Virus record (IMG/VR): IMGVR_UViG_2909309443_000007
Reading direction: 5' to 3' (one strand)
Length of the DNA: 26,071 nt
From: a virus
Lineage: Duplodnaviria > Heunggongvirae > Uroviricota > Caudoviricetes
Positions 9,240 to 19,369 of the stretch are shown piece after piece; position 1 is the stretch's first letter, and the number at the start of each line of letters is the position of its first letter. Below the pieces are notes generated by a model. The model made no database searches. It was not told the origin of the DNA and worked only from the letters and a program-made list of their open reading frames with translations. The position numbers and the translations under genes are program-made.

Positions 9240-9568
9240 CAGTTCACCACCTGTTCAAACTCTGCGCTGAACTCAACACGCAGCATACTGACCCGCGACG
9301 ACCATTTTGCGCAGGTCACCTTTATCTGCCGCCACTCATAAGGCGGCGTCCACAGAAAGGCTTTCCAGCCCCCGTGCTCAGCCAGAAACGACTCCAGCGC
9401 CGTGGCCTCCTCACGGGAGACAGACAGCGTCACGCTGTACGTTTTCAGGTCAGCGTTCAGCCCGGCAGGCGCTCGCTGAGAATAGCCATCACCAAAGCGC
9501 ACCTTTCTTACGGAAGGGGCCGAAGCCACATCCATACCGGGTTTCGCTTTCCAGCGGAAGGTCTTCAT
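9239..9568 (-). CDS. M: Tail tip assembly protein M
   Basis: 109 aa, near-identical to recalled lambda gpM (MKTFRWK…EFEQVVN). Confidence 0.85.
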   Translation of the reverse strand: MKTFRWKAKPGMDVASAPSVRKVRFGDGYSQRAPAGLNADLKTYSVTLSVSREEATALESFLAEHGGWKAFLWTPPYEWRQIKVTCAKWSSRVSMLRVEFSAEFEQVVN

Positions 9569-12039
9569 CGTCCACCTCCGGAGAACAGACCACCATCGCG
9601 CATCTGTGCCTGAATTTCATCACGGGCCCCCTTACGGGCCATGTCATACACTGCCTTCATCATCTGTGGACCTGGCAGACCATTCGTACCGTCGTTCTGA
9701 ATCACCACGTGATTGTTCTGATTAAAATTAATGCCTTCCGCCCGCCGCATCTGCGCCGGACTTCCGGCACCGCCCACATAACCACCTTCCGCATAGCCGC
9801 GCATCAGCCGGTAGAGATTTCCCACGCCAATCCGGCTGGTTGCCTCCTTCGTGAAGACAAATTCACCACGGTGAACAATCCCCGCTGGCTCATATTTGCC
9901 GCCAGTTCCCGTAAATCCCCCGGTCGCAAAATGGAATTTTGCCGCAGCAGCCTGAATGGCTGTACCGCCTGACACTGATGCGCCACCACCGGCAGCACCG
10001 CCAATGGCGCTGCCGATACTCCCGACAATTCCCACCATTGCCTGCTTAAGCAGAATTTCTGTCATCATGGACAGCACGGAACGGGTGAAGCTGCGCCAGT
10101 TCTGCTCACTGCCGGTCAGCATCGCCGCCATATTCTGTGCAATACCATCAAAGGTCTGCGTGGCAGCACTTTTAACCTGCGACATACTGTCCGTGGCGCT
10201 CTCTTTCCACTCACTCCAGCCTGACCTGAGGCCTGCCATCCAGCTCCCGCGAAGCTGGTCTTCAGCTGCCCAGGTCTTTTTCTGCTCTGACATGACGTTA
10301 TTCAGCGCCAGAGGATTATCGCCATACTGTTCCTTCAGGCGCTGTTCCGTGGCTTCCCTCGCTGCCTGCCGGTCAGTCAGCCCCCGGTTTTTCGCATCAA
10401 TGGCGGCCCGTTTTGCCCGTTGCTGCTGTGCGAATTTATCCGCCTGCTGTGCCAGCGCGTTCAGGTGTTCCTGATAGGTGACCTTGTCGCCAAGTGCAGC
10501 CAGCTGGCGTTTGTACTCCAGCGTCTCATCTTTATGCGCCAGCAGGGATTTCTCCTGTGCAGACAGCTGGCGACGTTGCGCCGCCTCCTCCAGTACCGCG
10601 AACTGACTCTCCGCCTTCCACAAATCCCGGCGCTGCTGGCTGATTTTTTCATTCGCTCCACTATGCTGCTCAAGCATTTTTAGTTCAGCTTGTAACGCAA
10701 GAAGAGCTGCATGTGCTCGATCTTCCTGACGCTCTCCCGCAGCGGACTGCTTCGGCTTTTTCAGCGTCGCTTCATAGTCCTTTTTCGCCGCCGCCATCAG
10801 CGTGTTGTAATCTGCCTGCAGGATTTTCCCGTCTTTCAGTGCCTTGTTCAGTTCTTCCTGACGAGCGGTATATTTCTCCAGCGGCGTCTGCAGGCGTTCG
10901 TAAGCCTTCTGCGCCTCTTCGGTATATTTCAGCCGTGATGCCTCAGACTCGGCCCAGTCCTTTGCTGCCATCTCTCTGGCCTTTTCAAGATCGGCCTGCA
11001 ACGTGGCGGCTGAAAGCCCAAGTTGCGCATTCGCTCTGTCCTCCCATGCTCCCCGGAGATTGGCAAGAAATGCTGAGGTTTTACCGCGCCGGTGGCTCCG
11101 GCTCTGATACCACTGCCATTTTTTGTCCGCCTCATCAAAAGCCTTTTCTGCTTTCTCCAGCATTCCCTGGGCAGTGTCCGGGCGACCAATATCCAGCACC
11201 GCATCCCACATGGATTTGAATGCCCGTGCTGTCCTGTCTGCCCAGGTCTCCAGCGTGCCCATGTTCTCTTTCAGGCGGAGGGTCTGGTCATCAAACCCTT
11301 TCGTTGCGGCCTCGTTCGCCGCCTGCAATGCCCCGGCTTCATCTCCGGAACGCTGCAACTGAGCAACATACGCAATCTGCTCCGCCGTCACGTTATGGAA
11401 CTGACGTGCCATCGCTGTCAGTCCCGACGTCGGGTCTGTGGTCAGCTTCCCGAAGGCTTCAGCGACCTTGTCCACCTCCACGCCGGATGCAGAGGAGAAA
11501 CGCGCCACACTCTGGCTGATCGCCTCAAACTGCTCACCACCACGCACACCGGCATTCACCAGCGCCGTCAGTGACTCGCTGGTCTGGTTAAACGTCAGCC
11601 CTGCCGCCTGCCCGGCTCTGGACAGGACCAGCATACGATCTGCCGTCAGTCCCGCCTGATTGCCGGAAAGGACCAGCGTTTTGTTGAAATCGGACAGGGT
11701 TGAGTTGCCCTGATACCAGGCATACGCCAGCGCACCGGTCGCCACCGCCAGCGAGGTGGCCCCCACCATCGGCAGGGTGATCGCACCGGCAAGCCCCCTG
11801 AACATGGGGATCATCCCGCCGAAGGAGTCCTTCACCTGACCACCCTGTTGCAGCAGGATCAGCCACGGACTTTGCCCGCCTGCAAGCTGCGTGGCCACGT
11901 CAGTGAACTGTGCAGGCAGCATACGCATGGCGGCTTTATACTGTCCGACGGAAATGGCCATTGCGGCGGCACCGGGCACCGCCGTTCTGCTGATACGGCT
12001 GAGGTTTTCAACGGCCTGCTCAAGACCTTTTATGGCCAT
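9565..12039 (-). CDS. H: Tail tape measure protein H with its N-terminus replaced by the first 29 codons of Z (in-frame Z'-'H fusion)
   Basis: MAIKGLEQAVENLSRISRTAVPGAAAMAI matches recalled gpZ N-terminus; from SVGQYKAAMRMLPAQFTD… it matches recalled gpH to the C-terminus. 824 aa, shorter than lambda H. Confidence 0.75.
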   Translation of the reverse strand: MAIKGLEQAVENLSRISRTAVPGAAAMAISVGQYKAAMRMLPAQFTDVATQLAGGQSPWLILLQQGGQVKDSFGGMIPMFRGLAGAITLPMVGATSLAVATGALAYAWYQGNSTLSDFNKTLVLSGNQAGLTADRMLVLSRAGQAAGLTFNQTSESLTALVNAGVRGGEQFEAISQSVARFSSASGVEVDKVAEAFGKLTTDPTSGLTAMARQFHNVTAEQIAYVAQLQRSGDEAGALQAANEAATKGFDDQTLRLKENMGTLETWADRTARAFKSMWDAVLDIGRPDTAQGMLEKAEKAFDEADKKWQWYQSRSHRRGKTSAFLANLRGAWEDRANAQLGLSAATLQADLEKAREMAAKDWAESEASRLKYTEEAQKAYERLQTPLEKYTARQEELNKALKDGKILQADYNTLMAAAKKDYEATLKKPKQSAAGERQEDRAHAALLALQAELKMLEQHSGANEKISQQRRDLWKAESQFAVLEEAAQRRQLSAQEKSLLAHKDETLEYKRQLAALGDKVTYQEHLNALAQQADKFAQQQRAKRAAIDAKNRGLTDRQAAREATEQRLKEQYGDNPLALNNVMSEQKKTWAAEDQLRGSWMAGLRSGWSEWKESATDSMSQVKSAATQTFDGIAQNMAAMLTGSEQNWRSFTRSVLSMMTEILLKQAMVGIVGSIGSAIGGAAGGGASVSGGTAIQAAAAKFHFATGGFTGTGGKYEPAGIVHRGEFVFTKEATSRIGVGNLYRLMRGYAEGGYVGGAGSPAQMRRAEGINFNQNNHVVIQNDGTNGLPGPQMMKAVYDMARKGARDEIQAQMRDGGLFSGGGR

Positions 12040-12050
12040 ACATCCCCCTT

Positions 12051-12306
12051 TCAGCGGCGACGGTTAACGGCAGGCGGTACGCCCCGCCCAAGCCAGAGAT
12101 GACAGCTTCCGCCATCATCCGGCGAAATCCGGTCTATCCAGAAGTTTTCCTCACCGATGGTCAGCGTGTCGCCGCGCCGCAGCTGCCGCACATCATCAGT
12201 CCGGACAAACAGGGACGGGCTGGAGCCTTCAACGCGCACGCCCTGTCCGGCATAGCTGATATTTTCAGGGTCATCAAAAACACCACGTATCACAGCACCG
12301 GACTGC

Positions 12307-12336
<30 letters not shown>
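12051..12336 (-). pseudogene. Head-tail joining protein FII, C-terminal fragment
   Basis: MGTSATMTSGEQSGAVIRGVFDDPENISYAGQGVRVEG…PPAVNRRR matches recalled lambda FII from about codon 23. Joined directly to the truncated portal frame. Confidence 0.7.
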
Positions 12337-14177
<1,841 letters not shown>

Positions 14178-14181
<4 letters not shown>

Positions 14182-14402
14182 AGGTACTGCTCCAGCGGCA
14201 ACTGCAGCGCCTGCGCAATTTTCTTCAGTTGCGCTTCTTCTTCCTGACCGATACCGTCCTGGTCAGCGATATCCAGACACAGACACAGCACATTCACAGT
14301 ATCATCAGTATCTGCAACATCAGTCAGCTGACGAAGGGCTTCAGCATTAGCAGAACGCGGTGGCGCTTCATAACGGGCGCGGATATGAAAAAGGCCCGCC
14401 AA
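14178..14402 (-). other. 74-codon ORF with no ATG, probably a 3' gene remnant at the deletion scar between the tRNA cluster and W
   Basis: Acidic C-terminus …DIADQDGIGQEEEAQLKKIAQALQLPLEQYL. Only a TTG start, lying inside a hairpin next to the tRNA. Confidence 0.25.
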
Positions 14403-14424
14403 AGCGAGCCTGGAAAAATAAGCG

Positions 14425-14501
14425 TGGCGCGTTGTACTGGATTCGAACCAGTGACCGATTGCTTAGAAGGCAATTGCTCTGTCCGGCTGAGCTAACAACG
14501 C
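14425..14501 (-). tRNA. tRNA-Arg (anticodon UCU)
   Basis: Hand-folded cloverleaf: acceptor GCGTTGT/ACAACGC, anticodon loop CTTCTAA, T-arm GGTTCGAATCC, discriminator G plus CCA. Confidence 0.85.
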
Positions 14502-14514
14502 ATAATGCAGATAA

Positions 14515-14591
14515 TGGATTGCCATCGGGGACCCGAGCCCCACACAGCCAGTTTCGAAAGCTGGCACTCTCTGTCGATGAGCTAATGGCGG
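14515..14591 (-). tRNA. Degenerate tRNA-like sequence (Arg-like anticodon UCG), possibly a pseudogene
   Basis: D-arm and overall length are tRNA-like, but the acceptor stem has two terminal mismatches, the anticodon stem has a C-A mismatch, and the T-loop is CTCGGGT rather than TTCRAAT. Confidence 0.4.
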
Positions 14592-14598
14592 TATGTGA

Positions 14599-14674
14599 TG
14601 GTGGCCCTTGCTGGATTTGAACCAGCGACCTGGCGATTATGAGTCGCTCGCTCTCACCACTGAGCTAAAGGGCC
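14599..14674 (-). tRNA. tRNA-Ile2-like (anticodon CAU; Met not excluded)
   Basis: Hand-folded cloverleaf: acceptor GGCCCTT/AAGGGCC, anticodon loop CTCATAA, T-arm GGTTCAAATCC, CCA end. Closely resembles recalled E. coli ileX. Confidence 0.8.
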
Positions 14675-14723
14675 GGGAGCAGAATAATAATGGTGCGTAA
14701 TTAATTCTGCAATCTCATCCGTT

Positions 14724-15773
14724 TCAAACGATTAAATCCTGAACTTCCCTGACTGTCTGTTCAAAACGTCCTGTCTCCAGCTCAACACCAATCGCACAAC
14801 GCCCCAGTGCCATCGCCGCTTTTACCGTTGAACCTGAACCCATAAAAAAATCTGCAACCAGGTCTCCCGGACGACTGCTCGCGTTGATTATCTGCTGCAG
14901 CATTTCTGCCGGTTTTTCGCACGGATGTTTTCCTGGATAGTACTGCACCGGTTTATGCGTCCAGACATCGGTGTACGGAACCTGCGCCGTCACACCGAAA
15001 TACCGCCGCAAATTTTTATATTCACTCAGCAGTTCCGTGTACTGCCGGTTCAGCTCACTGTATGTGCTGACCAGCTGGTGGTGTGGCTTTTCCAGTTCCC
15101 CGCGCTGATGTTTTTCTGCCGCAACACGCGCAAACAACGCCTGCAATTTGTTGTAATCACCCTCGTTCGGTAACTGCCACTGACTGGTACCAAACCAGTG
15201 CGAAGCCATGTTTTTCTTTCCGGTGGCTTCCGCTATCTGTTTTGACGTTATTCCCAGTGATTTACGCGCATCACGAAAGTAAGAAATCAGCGGGGCCATG
15301 ACGTGCTGTTTTAGCTCGCGCCCCTGTGCCACATAGCCATCATCTTTCGGGCGATACGGTCCCTGATAATGTTCTGCAAACAGAATGCGCTCTGTTGCCG
15401 GAAAATACGCCCGCAGACTTTCCTTATTGCACCCGTTCCAGCGTCCGGACGGCTTCGCCCAGATAATGTGGTTCAGCACATTAAAGCGCTCACGCATCAT
15501 GATTTCGGTGTCAGATGCCAGGCGATGACCACAGAACAGGTAAAGACTTCCGGTAGGCTTCAGTACCCGCCAGAACTGCGCCAGACACTGGTCCAGCCAT
15601 TTCAGGTAATCATCGTCGCCCTCCCACTGGTTATCCCAGCCCTCGGGCTTCACTTTAAAGTATGGCGGGTCTGTGACTATCAGATCGACAGAATTTTCCG
15701 GTAAGGTCTGGATAAACTCCAGGCAATCAGCGTTGATTAACTCACAACTGGATATTTTTACAGTATTAATCAT
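14724..15773 (-). CDS. DNA amino-methyltransferase (N6-adenine or N4-cytosine), orphan
   Basis: DPPY motif (…LIVTDPPYF) near the N-terminus and an FxGSGST AdoMet-binding motif near the C-terminus. No restriction endonuclease partner nearby. Confidence 0.8.
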   Translation of the reverse strand: MINTVKISSCELINADCLEFIQTLPENSVDLIVTDPPYFKVKPEGWDNQWEGDDDYLKWLDQCLAQFWRVLKPTGSLYLFCGHRLASDTEIMMRERFNVLNHIIWAKPSGRWNGCNKESLRAYFPATERILFAEHYQGPYRPKDDGYVAQGRELKQHVMAPLISYFRDARKSLGITSKQIAEATGKKNMASHWFGTSQWQLPNEGDYNKLQALFARVAAEKHQRGELEKPHHQLVSTYSELNRQYTELLSEYKNLRRYFGVTAQVPYTDVWTHKPVQYYPGKHPCEKPAEMLQQIINASSRPGDLVADFFMGSGSTVKAAMALGRCAIGVELETGRFEQTVREVQDLIV

Positions 15774-15922
15774 AGATCAATAAGCACTTCTCTGATAGGC
15801 TCATACCGCTTTTGCGCAAAGCAGATGGGCCTGAGGTTTGCTTGTGACCCCAACGCATGAGCAGATGGCTGGCAGGTGCCGCTAACACCCCCAGCCGCCC
15901 ATTACCACAAATTAAAAAGCCT

Positions 15923-16120
15923 TCACTGCGGAAGGCGTCTGTAACAACCGAACTGATAATCTGCCAGACCCGCCATAACAAGCTGAGTCAGTATTAACTG
16001 GCAGCGTTCGCGTGAAAGGTAAGTATTCTGCGCAATTTCCCCGACGGTCGCCGGTTCGGTGATGCTTAATTCATTAAACACCACTCTGGCGGTTTCGGTC
16101 ATATCCTGCTGTTTTAGCAT
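15923..16120 (-). CDS. Small hypothetical protein (65 aa), possible helix-turn-helix
   Basis: ORF trimmed to the ATG at 16120, downstream of the terminator hairpin. Confidence 0.3.
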   Translation of the reverse strand: MLKQQDMTETARVVFNELSITEPATVGEIAQNTYLSRERCQLILTQLVMAGLADYQFGCYRRLPQ

Positions 16121-16243
16121 GCCTTTTTCCCTTTCCCGGTTAACGTGACATACCAATACCTCTTGTCGAAAAAGCCAGCAAGCTGAAAGACCGGCATTCG
16201 CAACCACCAGCGCATTTAACGTCCTGTACCGCTTTTCGGGCAC

Positions 16244-16267
16244 AAAAAAACCCGCATAAAGCGGGTT
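16244..16267 (-). terminator. Rho-independent terminator about 85 nt downstream of the Q-like gene (tR'-like)
   Basis: Minus strand: ACCCGC-tttat-GCGGGT followed by TTTTTTT. Confidence 0.55.
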
Positions 16268-16351
16268 CTTTCAGGTGTCCATGTCTGCTATTCGCCTCGC
16301 GGTATAGCTTTGCGAAGCGTAGCTGGATTGAAACAGTTTATGCGTAAAAAA

Positions 16352-16906
16352 TCAAGACATTTTTTGAGCAAACGATTCTCGCATAGGGATGTATAGCGCA
16401 TATTCAGCAACAGCTAACCAATTAGCAATTCGCTTTTCGCATGTACTAAAACACCATTCCGGGTGCACCTCATTCAACAATTCAGCCATTTTGCGTTTAC
16501 TCATCCCCCGCCCTTCGTACCTTTGCCGCAGGATATCAATCAATCCAGGATAACGTGCAAGCGCTTTACTTATCACCCCATCAATGCGTAACGCCTCTGC
16601 ATCAGTACAGTGAGACAACCAGCTCTTCTGTCTGCCAGCGATCATCTCTCGCAAGAATGCTTCCAGCTCTGGTTTATCAATCCCTGACTCCCTGATTCTA
16701 CGCAGGGCTTCATTGATTGCGGTTTTTGTCAGTTTTTTGGATGCCAGCAACTGATTGAACATATTTCCTGGTTTGCCACCACCTATATACGACCAACGCC
16801 CCCACATCCGTAATTTCCCCTGGATCCAGACGGCTTCCAGCGTTTTTAGACGTAAATGCTCGCCGCTTTTGCCTGTAATTTCCGGGTATATCATATTTAC
16901 GATCAC
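16352..16906 (-). CDS. Putative late-gene antiterminator (Q-like), 184 aa
   Basis: Called mainly from position: directly downstream of rusA, followed by a terminator and the late region. Sequence family not recognised with certainty. Confidence 0.5.
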   Translation of the reverse strand: MIVNMIYPEITGKSGEHLRLKTLEAVWIQGKLRMWGRWSYIGGGKPGNMFNQLLASKKLTKTAINEALRRIRESGIDKPELEAFLREMIAGRQKSWLSHCTDAEALRIDGVISKALARYPGLIDILRQRYEGRGMSKRKMAELLNEVHPEWCFSTCEKRIANWLAVAEYALYIPMRESFAQKMS

Positions 16907-17268
16907 TCACTCTCAATTTTGTAAATCTTCACGCCCAGCCGCCCCCCAGGAACGCGCTGACCGCGCACAATATTGATTTCATCAAACTGCTCGTCGTCTA
17001 TGAGAAGTCCGGCATGCGTCAGCGCATCCAGTGGTGCTTTCAGGATATTGTCCAGGTCACGACGACGTTTATCCGGTGGCTCTGCAATAATCTTTATCGC
17101 CAGCCTTCCGGACAGGTTTAATTTCAGCCGCTGCTGGCGAACAATAAGCGCCACATCACGGCGATAACGCTCACCGGCTTTTGATACAAAATATGTGCTG
17201 CCACGACGTCGCCAGTAAGTGTTCACCGTTGGCGGGTAAGGCAAAACAAATTCTATGCGTTCAGTCAT
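16903..17268 (-). CDS. rusA: Holliday junction resolvase RusA
   Basis: 121 aa with the RusA-type …DKRRRDLDNILKAPLDAL… motif. Overlaps the downstream gene start (ATGA). Confidence 0.85.
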   Translation of the reverse strand: MTERIEFVLPYPPTVNTYWRRRGSTYFVSKAGERYRRDVALIVRQQRLKLNLSGRLAIKIIAEPPDKRRRDLDNILKAPLDALTHAGLLIDDEQFDEINIVRGQRVPGGRLGVKIYKIESE

Positions 17269-18252
17269 TCATGCTTTCCACTTCAGGACACCCGAATTTC
17301 TCGCGTGCATTAAAAAACGAATCAGCAACAACAGCTGGCTGCCGTGTTTTTCTTCAAAATCTTTTACCCCGGCGTGTAGTTCGCTATGGCATTTACGGCA
17401 CAGCGGAATAACAAACAAATCATCAGCCTTTGTTCCCATCCCTCCCAGTCCATGACCAATGATGTGATGCGGATCATCTGCCTGATTACCACACGTCATG
17501 CATTTCTGCGTTTTTACCCAACGCGTGTATACAGGCATCTCTTCCCGTCGTGGTTTCTGGCGCTGGAGATACTGAGCCGGTGACTCCGGATCAACGGCAA
17601 TGCTTACCACCGTCTTTTCCTGTGGCGGGTTTTGCTGGTGGGCGTGAGGCAGTAGCGCAATATTTTTTGTGCGCTGCTTCAGCATGCTGGTGGCGGTCTG
17701 CTCTCCCGGCACGATGTCGCTCTCGCGGTATACTGAGCGAATTTTTTCCGCGCGTAATCCCAGTGAACGACGTAACACCGTCTCCGGTAGTGCGTCCGCT
17801 ACGTTATTTATGGTTGCCCACCAGGATAATTCAGCCAGCGATAATTCCCGCTCCTGCGTGCCATTCATTGCGTGGCGGATGACATCAATCATCCATGCTG
17901 ACAGGTTTTGGTGAGCAAGCTGCCCGAGTGATTCGGAAGTCTGGTTACGCAGCTGGTTGTCGCAGTGCCAGCACAACACCATCGCGCCGGTACCGTAACG
18001 ATGTATGACGGTTTCACTGTGATGGTAGTCACCATGAGGCCACTGGCAGGATTTAACGTGGCGTAACAGCCAGTCAGACAATGCACCAGCACCACCAGCA
18101 GCACGAATCACCCGCTCATCGCTGAAAAATGGCAGTAATGATTTATCCTCCGCCAGCGGCTGGCGAACAGCAGGAACGACTCCGGACGGCAGACCGCGCA
18201 TGCTTTTCGGTTCCGGCTCCACCAGAACTCGAGGGTTATGAAATACCTGCAT
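17269..18252 (-). CDS. Nin-region protein with a C-terminal Cys/His (HNH/zinc-finger-like) motif, DUF968-like
   Basis: C-terminus CMTCGNQADDPHHIIGHGLGGMGTKADDLFVIPLCRKCHSELHA. Start trimmed to an internal Met; the N-terminus is uncertain. Confidence 0.55.
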   Translation of the reverse strand: MQVFHNPRVLVEPEPKSMRGLPSGVVPAVRQPLAEDKSLLPFFSDERVIRAAGGAGALSDWLLRHVKSCQWPHGDYHHSETVIHRYGTGAMVLCWHCDNQLRNQTSESLGQLAHQNLSAWMIDVIRHAMNGTQERELSLAELSWWATINNVADALPETVLRRSLGLRAEKIRSVYRESDIVPGEQTATSMLKQRTKNIALLPHAHQQNPPQEKTVVSIAVDPESPAQYLQRQKPRREEMPVYTRWVKTQKCMTCGNQADDPHHIIGHGLGGMGTKADDLFVIPLCRKCHSELHAGVKDFEEKHGSQLLLLIRFLMHARNSGVLKWKA

Positions 18253-18325
18253 GGATTCACGGCCCGGTTTTAGCACCACCAGCCCAAGTTCCGGTACCGG
18301 AACAGGTCGAAGTAATACCCGCACG

Positions 18326-18598
18326 TTACCTCCAGATGCGTTGCTGGAATGTGCGGGACGGACGCGGTGGGCGTTCGGAATAAGGGAGCCTGACATAGAT
18401 TATCCAGTGACGATAATCGAGGCTGAGGGCTTTCTTAATCTCGTATCCGCGTCTGCGGTAGTTATGAATTAGCCATTCGGCCTGTTCTTCAGTACATGGT
18501 GGGTGTTGGTACCAGTCGGTTTTAAATGCGTGTGAACGCCGCCCATGCCGGATGGCAAGGGCGGTATCAGAATTGTGAAATTTGGTTTTGTGCGCCAT
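18326..18598 (-). CDS. Hypothetical nin-region protein (about 90 aa)
   Basis: ORF trimmed to MAHKTKFHNSD… so that it starts downstream of the hok terminator. Confidence 0.35.
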   Translation of the reverse strand: MAHKTKFHNSDTALAIRHGRRSHAFKTDWYQHPPCTEEQAEWLIHNYRRRGYEIKKALSLDYRHWIIYVRLPYSERPPRPSRTFQQRIWR

Positions 18599-18670
18599 CG
18601 GTTGTCTCTGCTGGCGCAGCAGGTGCCAGTTGTTCAGGCTGGCGTGCGAATTGTAAACCAGAATGCCAGG

Positions 18671-18697
18671 AAAAAACAAAACCCGCCGAAGCGGGTT
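18671..18697 (-). terminator. Rho-independent terminator downstream of hok
   Basis: Minus strand: AACCCGC-ttcg-GCGGGTT followed by TTTTGTTTTTT. Confidence 0.55.
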
Positions 18698-18765
18698 AAG
18701 TGCGGGTGCGTTGAGGATGCCTGACTCATCAGAGGTGGCGAGGGATTTCTCCCTCACCTGGTCTC

Positions 18766-18921
18766 TTACTCCTCAGGTTCGTAAGCTGTGAAGACAGCGA
18801 CCTCCTTCTGGCCGGTTCGGATTCGTACCTCGCAGAGGTCTTTCCTCGTTACCAGTGCCGTCACTATGACGGTTAAACAGATGACGATCAGGGCGATTAA
18901 CATCGCCTTTTGCTGCTTCAT
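18766..18921 (-). CDS. hok: Hok/Gef-family type I toxin (51 aa), HokD-like
   Basis: MKQQKAMLIALIVICLTVIVTALVTRKDLCEVRIRTGQKEVAVFTAYEPEE is near-identical to recalled HokD. The longer upstream frame is consistent with an overlapping mok; an antisense Sok RNA is expected upstream but was not mapped. Confidence 0.8.
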   Translation of the reverse strand: MKQQKAMLIALIVICLTVIVTALVTRKDLCEVRIRTGQKEVAVFTAYEPEE

Positions 18922-19304
18922 AGCCTGCTTCTCCTTGCCTTTCGGCACGTAAGAGGCTAACCTAGATTTGCCGTTCATAGATTGAGCCTCAGATTAATGT
19001 TAAACGTCTTGCAGGACGCGTAACGTTAACTGGGGCTTTTCTCTATCTGCCTTTTGGTGGCATGCCTGAGACAGATAACCTCAAGCACCCGCAGTAATTT
19101 TACATAAAGGTTATGGTTCCTTTCAATAACTCAACAATTTCCCATCTAAATACTACTCATATAGTCATATAGGCTGGCGATAATTTAAAGATAAGACTCT
19201 CTCTTTTTCTCCACCACATAATGCATTACCAACGCAAAAGTTACCATGGTAATTATATCTTAACGAAAAATACCCCGCGAACATATTCTACTCAACAAAA
19301 AATT

Positions 19305-19360
19305 TTGCGTACGCATTATTCTTTGTAGTATCTTAAGTATGTAATTATTTTTTACAGGAA
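19305..19360 (+). promoter_or_regulatory. Candidate sigma-70 promoter and Shine-Dalgarno for the two-gene cassette
   Basis: TTGCGT (19305-19310), then TAGTAT about 15 nt downstream, then AGGA 10 nt before the ATG at 19370. Very AT-rich. Confidence 0.3.
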
Positions 19361-19369
19361 ATTTTTGCA

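Noticed and set aside
8315-9613. 432-aa plus-strand ORF, with a 192-aa ORF at 8763..9341
   Set aside because: Antisense to the J fragment and M, whose products match lambda proteins; Arg/Pro-rich artefact composition.
9307-11659. Series of plus-strand ORFs (221, 172, 87, 168, 160, 99 and 73 aa)
   Set aside because: All are antisense to the tape-measure gene, whose minus-strand product matches gpH along its length.
14925-15704. Plus-strand ORFs of 82, 72 and 111 aa
   Set aside because: Antisense to the methyltransferase gene, which has clear catalytic motifs on the minus strand.
19351-19360. TTTACAGGAA upstream of the cassette, identical to a gix half-site
   Set aside because: Only a 10-bp half-site with no partner and no flanking similarity to the full 26-bp site; a chance match in AT-rich DNA is plausible.
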